Notes: generated from the letters alone by a model not told the origin. A DNA stretch of 64,000 nt from Patescibacteria group bacterium (GCA_042569905.1 JBHPHA010000001.1:8515-72514), one strand, 5' to 3'; counted from the stretch's first letter, positions 38,208 through 47,946 are shown. Numbers and translations: made by a program.

Positions 38208-38714
38208 TTATCTCACATACCATACCATGCGAGTTTTTTCCGATTGATTTAATAATGGATTCAATTGCACAAGAGCCATATCCTTAAAAAACATACACCG
38301 CGGTACAACTTCTACTTCAACTCCGCGACTATCTCTTCCGAAGAATCTCCACCCGTCGCCCTTCAGCTGTTCCCTAAGGCGATTCGATTTTATTTCAATG
38401 ACCTCCTCCCGTATAACCTTAGTCACACGATAGGAAAATTGTCTTGAGATCGACCTTTTGGCGATCAGACTCTTAAAGCACTCTACCTCCCAAAAGCCAC
38501 CATCTTTCAAAAACAACTCAGTGAAGATCCGTCTGCCCCCCTTCTTCTTTCTTTTACTTATCTTCATCCTCCGTCCCGGCGCCTGAGGAATTCGCATCCA
38601 ATACCAATGATGACTATCACTGAATCCTGTTATAGCATCCAGTGCTGCATCCTCAACCAATTCTCTTTTTATTTCAACCAATTCTTTCACTATCCCATTG
38701 GCCATTTGGGGCAT
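38208..38714 (-). CDS. basic hypothetical protein (island gene A)
   Basis: 168 aa with KISKRKKKGGRR. GGAGGG SD and the promoter module shared with the 40308 gene. GC-rich relative to the genome. Confidence 0.35.
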   Translation of the reverse strand: MPQMANGIVKELVEIKRELVEDAALDAITGFSDSHHWYWMRIPQAPGRRMKISKRKKKGGRRIFTELFLKDGGFWEVECFKSLIAKRSISRQFSYRVTKVIREEVIEIKSNRLREQLKGDGWRFFGRDSRGVEVEVVPRCMFFKDMALVQLNPLLNQSEKTRMVWYVR

Positions 38715-38819
38715 AATTTTCCCTCCGCTTCACTTAAGAAGTTTTGTGTTTTTGTTGTATAAATAAATGAACTTTTTCTCTTCATCTCAAACCTCATTCA
38801 CATAAGATTTGAGAAAAGG

Positions 38820-38852
38820 GATGGAACAGACAAGCGTATTGCCTGTTCCATC
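38820..38852 (-). terminator. hairpin/terminator module, copy 1
   Basis: gatggaacag...ctgttccatc 10-bp stem. CCCUUUUCUC follows on the minus strand. Confidence 0.5.
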
Positions 38853-38902
38853 AGCTGTGAGCGAGTTTTATTATAGGCACTCTCTCGAAAAACCTTTATT
38901 TA

Positions 38903-39808
38903 CTAACCGAGAACTTCTTCAATTGTCTGGATTTTTTCACCAGTCAAAACGATCCGACTGGGATTTCCAGATCCGAGACCGAAAGCCTGGAGCAAATCCA
39001 AATTCCGGTCGCTCGTCCCGATCAATGCCAGCGGCTGACCGTCATCGGCAGCCGTGGTCAATATAACAATGGTCGGGAATTTTTTGTACCCCCGTATCAT
39101 CACTTCTGTGACATCAATAGAGCCCTGTCCACCCAAAATCGATACAGAACCAACTCCAGAAACCAACTCTCTTAAGCCGGCAATAGCTGTATCAGTTGCC
39201 TCCTCTGGATATGCTTTCGCCCGCTCACTTACCAGTCTCGATTCAATTCCAGTAATCAACTCTCTAATAAATAGCATTTGCGTTTCAATAACCGCTCTAC
39301 TGTCACCGCTTTGCATCATAGCCAATGAAGCCTTGAAAGCGTGATTATAACGCCTACTCAATGGCGTCGGTCTATACTGCGTTGGATTATCAGCTGCATT
39401 AGCTGCCATGACCCAGTTTCCTGGGATGATGAAACCATGCCGGAGCATCAGCTTCGGACAACTCGGAGCCTTGGGATCATAAATAAACCGTTCCCCTAAA
39501 ACCTCCTGCAACTGCTCCCCTCCCAAATGGTGATCCACCCAAAGTAAAATACTCTCCTCGTTGCGCCGAGCCCAATCCAGAGTTGCCTCCGGATTACGAC
39601 CATCCACGGCCATATCTAGAATCACCGTCAGAGCCGTAAGATCTGTAAGTTTGTGCAGCAAAAACGGCTGCGTTACTGTGATGTTTCCATCAGCTCCACT
39701 CTTTCGCATGACGGCGGCGGCAATCGTGCCGTCGCAATCGCCATGCGTAATTATATCAACGGTACGGATCTCAGAAACAGCAGTAATAAATTTAGCGATA
39801 TTCAACAT
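38903..39808 (-). CDS. DHH-family phosphoesterase (NrnA/RecJ-like catalytic core)
   Basis: Motif I HGDCDG, motif III WVDHH, Gly-rich DHHA1-like C-terminus (ILGGQGS). 301 aa at approximately 55-60% GC. Confidence 0.6.
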   Translation of the reverse strand: MLNIAKFITAVSEIRTVDIITHGDCDGTIAAAVMRKSGADGNITVTQPFLLHKLTDLTALTVILDMAVDGRNPEATLDWARRNEESILLWVDHHLGGEQLQEVLGERFIYDPKAPSCPKLMLRHGFIIPGNWVMAANAADNPTQYRPTPLSRRYNHAFKASLAMMQSGDSRAVIETQMLFIRELITGIESRLVSERAKAYPEEATDTAIAGLRELVSGVGSVSILGGQGSIDVTEVMIRGYKKFPTIVILTTAADDGQPLALIGTSDRNLDLLQAFGLGSGNPSRIVLTGEKIQTIEEVLG

Positions 39809-40051
39809 GACTTTCTCCTCAGAAATTTTAGCCCAGAATAGGCTTGTGATCCACTCAGCTTGAGCATTTTAATTGACCAACATAGACTAGCTTCCTAGCC
39901 ACCCTAAGTCAGTCAATTAAAATAAAGAAGAAAATATATGCTTTTCTTGAATAAATATTTTTCTAAATGAACTTTTCTCTTCATCTCAAACTTCATTTGA
40001 TATTCGAACTACAGATACAATACGAATTTACAAATAAAGATTGAGAAAAGG

Positions 40052-40079
40052 GATGGAGCTGGAAATTGCCTGCTCCATC
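40052..40079 (-). terminator. hairpin/terminator module, copy 2
   Basis: gatggagctgg...cctgctccatc. Pairs preserved by compensatory changes relative to copy 1. Confidence 0.5.
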
Positions 40080-40307
40080 ATTCATAAAAAAACTAGGACT
40101 GATATGCCTCCCAACACTGAGAGCATATTGCTGGAAATTGTTTTGTTGGTAGTGTTTTGCATGTGCACTTGTAGCACATCCTCTCTTTATCATCACTCTT
40201 TTTTTTCATCTCTTTTTTGACATCGATACTAGACATGTGGCACTCCTATTTTAGCTTTTGAATAAATTATTGATAAAGAGTTTTATTTAGGTACTCTCTC
40301 GGAAAAC

Positions 40308-40685
40308 CTACCCGCAGAAGTCATCAGTAGCCGAACATGAAGTGTTCGGTTGTCCAGACCCACACTGGCAACTTGTCCCGAAAAATCGGGACTCTACTTC
40401 CTCGCCCTGGAGATCAGGGGGACATGAGACGCATTCGCGCTTTCGAGCCTCCTCTCGAGCCTCGCGACCCGAAGGAAACCACTGATCTTCATAAGACTGA
40501 GTGCCACAATTCTGACACCACGTCCGTGCGCGAAACTCGCGCAAGTGGCAGTCGCACACTACTCGAGGACCGCCGCACTCGACGCAAACCTCACTGAAAA
40601 TTGGCTTACCATCCAAACGAGCAAGCTCGCTATTGTGGTAAGAGTTCCATTTTCCATTAATCTTTACAAAAAATTTCTTTGCCAT
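40308..40685 (-). CDS. Cys-rich hypothetical protein (island gene C)
   Basis: 125 aa. CVECGG...CDCH...CQNCG, CVSC, CQCGSG. Same GGAGGG SD/promoter module as gene A. Confidence 0.35.
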   Translation of the reverse strand: MAKKFFVKINGKWNSYHNSELARLDGKPIFSEVCVECGGPRVVCDCHLREFRARTWCQNCGTQSYEDQWFPSGREAREEARKRECVSCPPDLQGEEVESRFFGTSCQCGSGQPNTSCSATDDFCG

Positions 40686-41344
40686 AATTTTCCCTCCGCT
40701 TCACTTAAGAAGTTTTGTGTTTTTGTTGTATAAATAAATGAACTTTTTTTATTACTCTCTCTTGAGAAAGAGAATTGTGAAGTAGATTTTTGAGATTAAG
40801 TCATCAGGCCAATATATATTTTTGCCTTGAGTTAATTTCAAAGATTCTCTCTCCTTCACAATTCTTTTTCCCAATCTCCTAGTCCTATTTGCATATTCGT
40901 AATAGATTCGTAATTTGTATACAAAAAAAGACAATTATTGGAATATTATGGTTCTATCGTGGAGACTAGTTTTAAAAACTAATCTCACATGTGGGTGTAT
41001 AGAGACATAATAAACCAATAATTGTCCTCTTGGTGTATATGTATTGTTGTCTAAATGCCTCTCCAAACATTTTTCTAACTTATTCAGTTGTAAGGTACTT
41101 TCTTAACTTGATAGTCCAGTATAGCATATTATAATCATTTTGTCAATAGCTGTATCTTGTTTTCATTTCAACTCCCTTCCTAGATTGATATTACATCGTA
41201 GCATATTTTAACTATTTTGTCAATACTCAGCTTCAACCTATTTCCACTTTTACATTCTCCATTCTCCATCTCAAATCTAATTCAGCTTGCATATTTTAAA
41301 AATATGCTATACTTTAGATATCTAATACTTTTTTATTTTAAAAA

Positions 41345-42349
41345 ATGGCATACTTTTTAGTAATTTTTCTAGTTCTCTTATCAGGGCTTTTTTCTGGTTT
41401 AACCCTAGGTCTACTTGGCCTTAATAAAACCGATCTTGAAAGAAAAATCAAACTAGGTAACAAAGAAGCTAAGAAGGTTTATTCGGTGAGAAAAAATGGA
41501 AATCTTTTACTGGTAACCCTTTTAATTGGAAACGTAGCTGTCAATTCAACAATCAGTATTTTTCTTGGAAGTATTGCTGGTGGACTTATGGCTGGAATCA
41601 TAGCTACTGGATTAATTGTTATTTTTGGAGAAATCATTCCTCAAGCCACATTTTCACGCCACGCACTTGCAATCGGCGCCAAGTCAGTATGGATTGTGAG
41701 ACTCTTTACTTTCATCTTCTATCCTGTTTGCTTCCCTATCGCATGGACGCTAAACAAAACACTTGGGGAAGAAATGCCCACGATCTGGAGCAAAGATGAG
41801 CTTAGAGAGATTGTGAAGCTTCACGAAGATTCACCTGATTCCGACATTGATTCAGATGAAGAAAGAATAATCCTTGGAGCACTTTCTTTTTCTCACAAAA
41901 AAGCAGAGGATGTGATGACGCCTCGCTCTGTCCTTTTTTCTCTCGATTCCGAAACTATCCTGAGTCACGAAATTTTAGAAAAAGTTAAAGAAAAAGGATT
42001 CACTCGAATTCCTATATTCGAAGGAGATATCGACAATATCAATGGCCTACTTTACTCAAAAGACTTAATTGGAATTTGTGAAGACAGAAAAATATCTTCA
42101 TTAGTTAGAGAGGACAAGCTAATCAAGATTTCTGGTGACAAAAAACTCGACTCTCTTCTTTCAGAATTTATCAAGAAAAAAAGTCATTTCGCATTTGTTT
42201 ACAATGAATATGGAGAACTTGAAGGAGCAATTACTCTTGAAGACATCATCGAAGAAGTGCTTCGTGTTGAAATTGTAGATGAAAACGACACTATCATTGA
42301 CATGAGAAAAGAAGCCCAGAAAAAACTTTCAGAACTAAACCTGTCATAG
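41345..42349 (+). CDS. CNNM/CorC-HlyC family transporter (DUF21 + CBS pair)
   Basis: N-terminal DUF21 TM domain (LLSGLFSGLTLGLL) followed by CBS domains. Confidence 0.8.
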   Translation: MAYFLVIFLVLLSGLFSGLTLGLLGLNKTDLERKIKLGNKEAKKVYSVRKNGNLLLVTLLIGNVAVNSTISIFLGSIAGGLMAGIIATGLIVIFGEIIPQATFSRHALAIGAKSVWIVRLFTFIFYPVCFPIAWTLNKTLGEEMPTIWSKDELREIVKLHEDSPDSDIDSDEERIILGALSFSHKKAEDVMTPRSVLFSLDSETILSHEILEKVKEKGFTRIPIFEGDIDNINGLLYSKDLIGICEDRKISSLVREDKLIKISGDKKLDSLLSEFIKKKSHFAFVYNEYGELEGAITLEDIIEEVLRVEIVDENDTIIDMRKEAQKKLSELNLS

Positions 42350-42373
42350 CATATATGGACTACAAATAAACAA

Positions 42374-42406
42374 AAAGCACCCTGTTACATCAGGGTGTTT
42401 TTATTA
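42374..42406 (+). terminator. Rho-independent terminator
   Basis: aagcaccctg-ttacat-cagggtgttt plus a T-run. Confidence 0.6.
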
Positions 42407-42707
42407 TTCTAGATTTCACTAACACAAGAGTCCTCCCTTTCATTGTCATCCCAGAAGGTATAATTTCTTAAACGACCCGCCACGGCGGAGAGTTTTTTTA
42501 GAACTGGCAGTATGCTCACTTAGGAGAAGATTCATTCTTAATATAACTCCAGACCATATTCATTCACCATGACTAATTAAGGATGGATTCCGGATAGACT
42601 ATTTTACTAAAGCTCATTCTTCGCTTTGTAAAATATGTCTTCCAGAATGACAGATTATGTTTGCATTATTTTATTCATATTCACCGCTAAACATAGACAC
42701 GAGTTAA

Positions 42708-45377
42708 CTATACTTCGCTCCAATTCTTCCCAACTTCCACATCAGCAACTAAAGGAACATTGAGCTTATATATATTCTCCATAAGTTCTCTAACTTTATC
42801 AGAAACCTCATCAGCCAACTCCTCTTTTGCCTCTAGAATGATTTCATCATGAATCTGAAGAATCATTTTTACATCAGGATTATTCTTATATTCCTTATAA
42901 ACCGCAAGCATAGCCAACTTCATAATATCCGCCGCAAAACCTTGAGCTGGCATATTTATCGCCATTCTTTCAGCTGTACTCCGCACCATAAAATTAGACG
43001 AATTTATTTCAGGTAAATACCTTCTTCTTCCAGTTCGTGTTTCAACAAATTCATTTTTCTTCACAAAATCTTTCGTATCTTCAATATATTTTGCAACACC
43101 TGGAAAATTTTCCATATAACTTTTAATGTACTCCTTGGCTTCTTTTTGACTAATACCTGCTGATTCGGAAAAACCATATGAACCCATTCCGTATATAACA
43201 CCAAAATTAAGCGCCTTAGCCTCACTTCTCATCTGCTTAGTCACTTCATCCAAGGAAGTCTTATTCACCTCAGCAGCTGTCTTTTTATGGATATCTGCGC
43301 CTTCATTAAAAGCTTCGATTAACTTCTCATCTCCACTAATGTGAGCCATGACCCTAAGTTCAATTTGAGAATAATCAGCCGCAATAAAAACTTTTCCTTC
43401 TTCGGCCTCGAAAGCAGTTCGGATCATCTTTCCTGCCTCAGTTCGAATTGGAATATTTTGAAGATTTGGATTTTCGGATGAAAGTCTTCCTGTTGCAGTA
43501 ACTGTTTGATTGAAAGTTGTGTGAAGACGAGAACTCTCATCTACCAACTTCGGAAGTGCATCAATGTACGTACTTCTTAATTTAAAAACCTCCCTATATT
43601 TCTCAATCTTTCCGATAATCTCATGCTTATCTTTCATTTTTGCCAACTCGCTAGCAGCCGTTGAATAACCGGTTTTCGTCTTCTTAATCCCTTCAGTTGG
43701 AATATTCAGATCATCAAAAAGAATTTCCGCGAGTTGCTTTGGGGAATTAATATTAAAATCTCTTCCAGCTGCATCATGTATTTCTTCTTCAAGTGCTCCA
43801 ATTTCTTTTCCGATTTTTTCAGACATATCTCCCAGCAAATCAACATTCAGCTTAACCCCATTTTTTTCCATTTCCAAAAGAACCCTCATCAACGGTGTTT
43901 CTATTTTTTCAAAAACATCCATGATAGTTCGTCCTTTCTCTTGATCCTTTTCAATCTCCTTCAATCTTTTTTCAAAAATTTCCTTAAGCCTTAAGAAAAA
44001 CATCGCTCGCCTACACCCTTTTATAGCTAACTCACCCTCACTCTCCATTCCAAGGCTCAGTTGCCCGCCATTTTGCTTCTCAACTTCTTCACCTAACTCT
44101 TCTAGAATAACCTTTTCAAGTTCAATCTTTCTCCCAGAGTTCAAAAGATAACTTGCTAGCTTAGTGTCCCACAATTCACCCTTGAGAGAAATTCCAAAAC
44201 TATTTTCCAAGTCCTTAAGAAGAGTTTTAAAATCAAAACTAACCTTTCTGTTTGCTTCATTTTCAAAAAAAGATTTCAGCTTCAATACAGCGTCATCATT
44301 TAGTTCTAAGAAATATCCCTTTTCTTTTCCCCAAAAAAAGAACATCGACTGAATCTTTCCATCCACACTTTTCCAATCTACTGAAACTTCTTCTTGCTTT
44401 TCTAAGTCAACAACAAATTCATCTATCCCGTCACTACTAATCACATCACAAGAAATTTCATCCATCTTCGCCATCTCCTCCTTTTTCGATAAATCTGTAT
44501 CTCCGCCAGGAAGTCTTTTCAAAAGACTATTAAAACTCAGTTCGTGAAATAGCTCAGCAACCTTTTTTCGGTCAAACTCATGTGTCGCACAAGCCTCTAA
44601 ATCAAAATCAATCTCCACCTCAGTGTGAATTGTTCCAAGATCCTTAGAAAGAAATGCCGACGCTTTTCCATCCTCAAGCTTCTTCTTCATTGCTCCTTTC
44701 AAGTTTTCAATATTTTCATATACACCTTCTAACGTATTGTACTCCTGAAGAAGTGTAATTGCTCCTTTTTCTCCAATTCCCTTTACTCCAGGAATATTAT
44801 CAGATGCATCCCCTCGAAGACCTTTGTAATCTTTCAGTTGTTCAGGACTAAGACCATATCGGTCAAAGACAGCTTTTTCATCATAAATCACAGCCTTGCT
44901 AATCCCCCTACTCATCGTATAAACACTCACATCATCATTCACGAGCTGAAGAGCATCGAGGTCGCCAGTAACAATGATCACGTCCATATCATCACTAGGA
45001 TCAAAAACAATTTTCGACATTGTCCCAATAATATCATCAGCTTCAAATCCTTCCTTCTCAAAGATTGGGATATTGAAAGTTTTCACCATATCTTTCACCC
45101 TATCAATCTGTTGGTACAAATCATCTGGAGCTTTTTTTCTTGTCGCCTTATACTCTGCAAATTTCTTATGCCTGAAAGTAGGCGCCTTCAAATCAAATGA
45201 AGCTACAATATACTCTGGATCAAACTTTTCAATCACAGCTAAAAGCGTTGAAGTAAAACCATAAACAGCATTAACCAACTCACCTTTTTTAGTTGTCAGT
45301 GGCGGAATCGCATGATATGACCGGTGAATAATCGCATTCCCATCAATCAAAATTATCTTTTTTCTTTTCATATACAA
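42708..45377 (-). CDS. polA: DNA polymerase I
   Basis: 889 aa. N-terminal 5'-3' exonuclease (GNAIIHRSYHA...), C-terminal family A polymerase motifs (DYSQIELR, QIHDE). Confidence 0.9.
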   Translation of the reverse strand: MYMKRKKIILIDGNAIIHRSYHAIPPLTTKKGELVNAVYGFTSTLLAVIEKFDPEYIVASFDLKAPTFRHKKFAEYKATRKKAPDDLYQQIDRVKDMVKTFNIPIFEKEGFEADDIIGTMSKIVFDPSDDMDVIIVTGDLDALQLVNDDVSVYTMSRGISKAVIYDEKAVFDRYGLSPEQLKDYKGLRGDASDNIPGVKGIGEKGAITLLQEYNTLEGVYENIENLKGAMKKKLEDGKASAFLSKDLGTIHTEVEIDFDLEACATHEFDRKKVAELFHELSFNSLLKRLPGGDTDLSKKEEMAKMDEISCDVISSDGIDEFVVDLEKQEEVSVDWKSVDGKIQSMFFFWGKEKGYFLELNDDAVLKLKSFFENEANRKVSFDFKTLLKDLENSFGISLKGELWDTKLASYLLNSGRKIELEKVILEELGEEVEKQNGGQLSLGMESEGELAIKGCRRAMFFLRLKEIFEKRLKEIEKDQEKGRTIMDVFEKIETPLMRVLLEMEKNGVKLNVDLLGDMSEKIGKEIGALEEEIHDAAGRDFNINSPKQLAEILFDDLNIPTEGIKKTKTGYSTAASELAKMKDKHEIIGKIEKYREVFKLRSTYIDALPKLVDESSRLHTTFNQTVTATGRLSSENPNLQNIPIRTEAGKMIRTAFEAEEGKVFIAADYSQIELRVMAHISGDEKLIEAFNEGADIHKKTAAEVNKTSLDEVTKQMRSEAKALNFGVIYGMGSYGFSESAGISQKEAKEYIKSYMENFPGVAKYIEDTKDFVKKNEFVETRTGRRRYLPEINSSNFMVRSTAERMAINMPAQGFAADIMKLAMLAVYKEYKNNPDVKMILQIHDEIILEAKEELADEVSDKVRELMENIYKLNVPLVADVEVGKNWSEV

Positions 45378-45444
45378 ATTACAAATACATAAATCATTTA
45401 TTCTTAATTACTAAAACAATTATACCTTTTATAAGAAAACAATA

Positions 45445-45492
45445 CAAAAAAACCGCAAGGTTTCATTATGAAACCTTGCGGTATATTTTTTT
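45445..45492. terminator. bidirectional Rho-independent terminator
   Basis: 13-bp stem accgcaaggtttc/gaaaccttgcggt with flanking A- and T-runs. Confidence 0.65.
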
Positions 45493-46180
45493 ATTTAAAC
45501 ATTGTGATTGCGACTATTGCCTTTATGGCACTTGTTGACACATGACAACCTTTACTAAAGTCCTTTACTTTACTCATTAAATCAAGGTCTTTCTTTTCAA
45601 TTGCTATTGAAAGAATTTCCTCTAACACTTTTATCCTAAAAGCTCTAAGATCATAATCATGATATAGTCCCCATAACAATGGGATACATTTTCTCGAAAC
45701 AGCCTCATCGAATAGGTCATCGTAATATTTAGTAATTTCCGCATAAGCTAGATCATAAATAGTCACACTATGCGGCACCACTGAGCAAATTCTTTTCATC
45801 AGAAAAATATCTTTTTCTTCACTTTCATAGAGCTTCTTTCCGCCCCATTCTTCAATAAGCTCGTTAACCCTATCTCGAATATCTGCAAAATTGCATAAGT
45901 TAATTTCACTAACTAACAAGACTAACTCGATATTAACACTACTGCCAGAAGTACATTCTTCCAATCTCTTCCATAGGTAACCTTCAATAGCCTTCTCAAA
46001 CTTTGATGCAAAGTGACTGAAAGGATCCAAAACATCATACACTTCACGCATTAGCTTAATATCATCATTCTCAACAGCCTTTTTAAAATCCTCTTCGAGC
46101 CACTGATCGAATATCCCCCCTAACTTTTCATCACCCTCAGCAACAGTCTCTCCCTCAATAAACCCAAGCATCTCACGCAC
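45491..46180 (-). CDS. hypothetical protein
   Basis: ORF only. An in-frame TGA at 46184-46186 separates it from a 46-codon upstream ORF that starts at 46324. Confidence 0.3.
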   Translation of the reverse strand: MREMLGFIEGETVAEGDEKLGGIFDQWLEEDFKKAVENDDIKLMREVYDVLDPFSHFASKFEKAIEGYLWKRLEECTSGSSVNIELVLLVSEINLCNFADIRDRVNELIEEWGGKKLYESEEKDIFLMKRICSVVPHSVTIYDLAYAEITKYYDDLFDEAVSRKCIPLLWGLYHDYDLRAFRIKVLEEILSIAIEKKDLDLMSKVKDFSKGCHVSTSAIKAIVAITMFK

Positions 46181-46423
46181 ATCTCAATTCCCTATAATCT
46201 CCCTCAATTTCATCCATTGCTTATTACTCATACGAATATCACAAGTATTTCCCACGTCTCGATCGGTTAATGATGATCGATCACTTACTGCAAAAATCTC
46301 CAGAAATAATGTTATCGCATCCATCTTTCATCTCCTTTTTTAATGTTCTTTACAAAAAATGAGTCACTTAACCCATATCCTCGCAACGAATTAAGATACT
46401 ATACTCACATCAATAAGTCAAAT

Positions 46424-46459
46424 GAAAAAACCGCAAGACTTGGTCATCAAGTCTTGCGA
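46424..46459 (-). terminator. Rho-independent terminator
   Basis: cgcaagacttg-gtcat-caagtcttgcg with a T-run on the minus strand. Shares aaaaaaccgcaag with the 45445 element. Confidence 0.55.
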
Positions 46460-46473
46460 TGTATCTATTACAA

Positions 46474-46701
46474 TTATTCCCCTATCTTGAGTGTCTCGTT
46501 TAACCTCTCATTCTCCTTATCAACAGCATCTTGAATTTTTACTTTTGAATCCTCATAGACATCTACCATGCTACCTGGGTCTAGAGGGTTAATTGTTGTT
46601 CCCGCGTCATCACCCTCTATACTTTTCGCTACTCTATCACAACCACTTAATGAAATGACCATAAATAAAATTGGGATCATTAAAAAATATCTTTTATTCA
46701 T
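46474..46701 (-). CDS. small lipoprotein
   Basis: Lipobox LSGC after a hydrophobic signal. 75 aa. Confidence 0.4.
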   Translation of the reverse strand: MNKRYFLMIPILFMVISLSGCDRVAKSIEGDDAGTTINPLDPGSMVDVYEDSKVKIQDAVDKENERLNETLKIGE

Positions 46702-46791
46702 TTTACTTTTAAATTTAAACTTTATCTTTACTATATTTTAGCATATAATCTACTCAGCATCTTCACGAACCTAAAAAGGAGAATACAGAAA

Positions 46792-47187
46792 ATGCTTTAT
46801 ACAAAGTCAATTCTTCTGCCCAAAGAAAAGAGTGATGGAATAAGAATTTCTGTTATGTCGAGGCATACATATGATGATGGGAAAACTCCACATCCTCAAA
46901 TAACTGATGAATCATATGACAGGTGGCTCAAAAAACTAGCCCCTCCAGATACTTTGGTTGGAAAATATCTTCGAAAGGAAATATCGTGGGGACAATACAG
47001 GGACCAATATCTTCTATTTCTACAAGGCAGAGACCAGAAAAAACTAATTAGATACATTGCCAAAAAAGCTCTATGAAGAAACGTTACAATTCTCTGTATT
47101 GAGAATAAAGCTAACTTTTGTCATAGAAGAATTCTGGCCGAGGAGTGCAAAAGATACGAACCTCGCCTTAAAATCAGGCATAAATAA
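46792..47187 (+). pseudogene. DUF488 (YeaO-like) family gene interrupted by an in-frame TGA
   Basis: The N-terminal 94 aa match the DUF488 pattern (GIRISVMSRH...WLKKLAPPDTL...W..YRDQYL). After TGA at 47074-47076 the same frame continues RNVTILCIENKANFCHRRILAEE..., which is DUF488 C-terminal-like, to TAA at 47185. Confidence 0.4.
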
Positions 47188-47223
47188 AACCCAGTGCGGA
47201 TAATTTTCCGCCCTGGGATTTTT
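47187..47223. repeat. 37-nt hairpin element, copy 1 (terminator-like)
   Basis: aaaacccagtgcggataattttccgccctgggatttt. Near-identical copy at 48059. Confidence 0.6.
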
Positions 47224-47229
47224 AATTGA

Positions 47230-47946
47230 TCAAGAAATCGCCTTAACAAAGTTAGCAACTTTTTTTGGATCAAAAGTGTAGAAATCACTACTGATTCCAG
47301 TTGAAACCAAGAAACAATCAACTAAACTAATAAAGTCATTAACATTTTCAGGCGTCATCCCACTAGCTACAGCCAGTGGGAAGCCTCCAATCGCCTCCCT
47401 TATAACAGAGACCTTCTCAATACTCGGTGGCTCACCGGTTTGGTCACCACTAGTTGTAATCACATCCATACATTGAGTAGCGGCTTTAGAGACATAAGAA
47501 AGATCACTAGGTTGAGCTTGATACTTGAAAGCCACTCCACCAAAATAAAGACCTTTCCAATCATTCCTCATTGTTTTTCTAAAATTCCAAATATCCCGAG
47601 AAAAATTATTCTCCTTATCAACAAAGCTATCCACTATTCCAGCATTATCCTCCCAAAGACCATCCGACTCCAAAGGAGTGTAAAGAAAAGAGTTCTTAAT
47701 TAAGGAGACGTCTAAAAAATTCAAGCCCATCCAGAAATTAGGATTTTTGTCTTTTACTGCCATTAAAAGCCCGGATAAGTAAGTATAGCCAATCTGACCA
47801 TGACTAATCAAAAATGCACCATCAACACCTTCATCAACCAAAACATTGATACTCTCAAATGCTTGATGATAATCTTTAACATGGACAACTGCTAATAATG
47901 TGTTTTTTTTCGGAAAAACCTCTTTGTATCCTGGATATGTAGCCAC
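47230..47946 (-). CDS. BtpA/SgcQ-family TIM-barrel protein
   Basis: LLAVVHV...VDEGVDGAFL and C-terminal GGFPLAVASGMTPENV resemble BtpA family signatures (from memory). Confidence 0.45.
   Translation of the reverse strand: MATYPGYKEVFPKKNTLLAVVHVKDYHQAFESINVLVDEGVDGAFLISHGQIGYTYLSGLLMAVKDKNPNFWMGLNFLDVSLIKNSFLYTPLESDGLWEDNAGIVDSFVDKENNFSRDIWNFRKTMRNDWKGLYFGGVAFKYQAQPSDLSYVSKAATQCMDVITTSGDQTGEPPSIEKVSVIREAIGGFPLAVASGMTPENVNDFISLVDCFLVSTGISSDFYTFDPKKVANFVKAIS

Noticed and set aside
38809-39066. Plus-strand 85-aa ORF inside the GC island
   Set aside because: It overlaps the terminator hairpin and the 3' end of the DHH gene on the opposite strand. High GC inflates shadow ORFs. No SD and no recognisable features.
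39993-40196. Minus-strand 67-aa ORF between the DHH and Cys-rich genes
   Set aside because: It overlaps the conserved terminator and repeat module. No SD and low-complexity composition. Likely non-coding.
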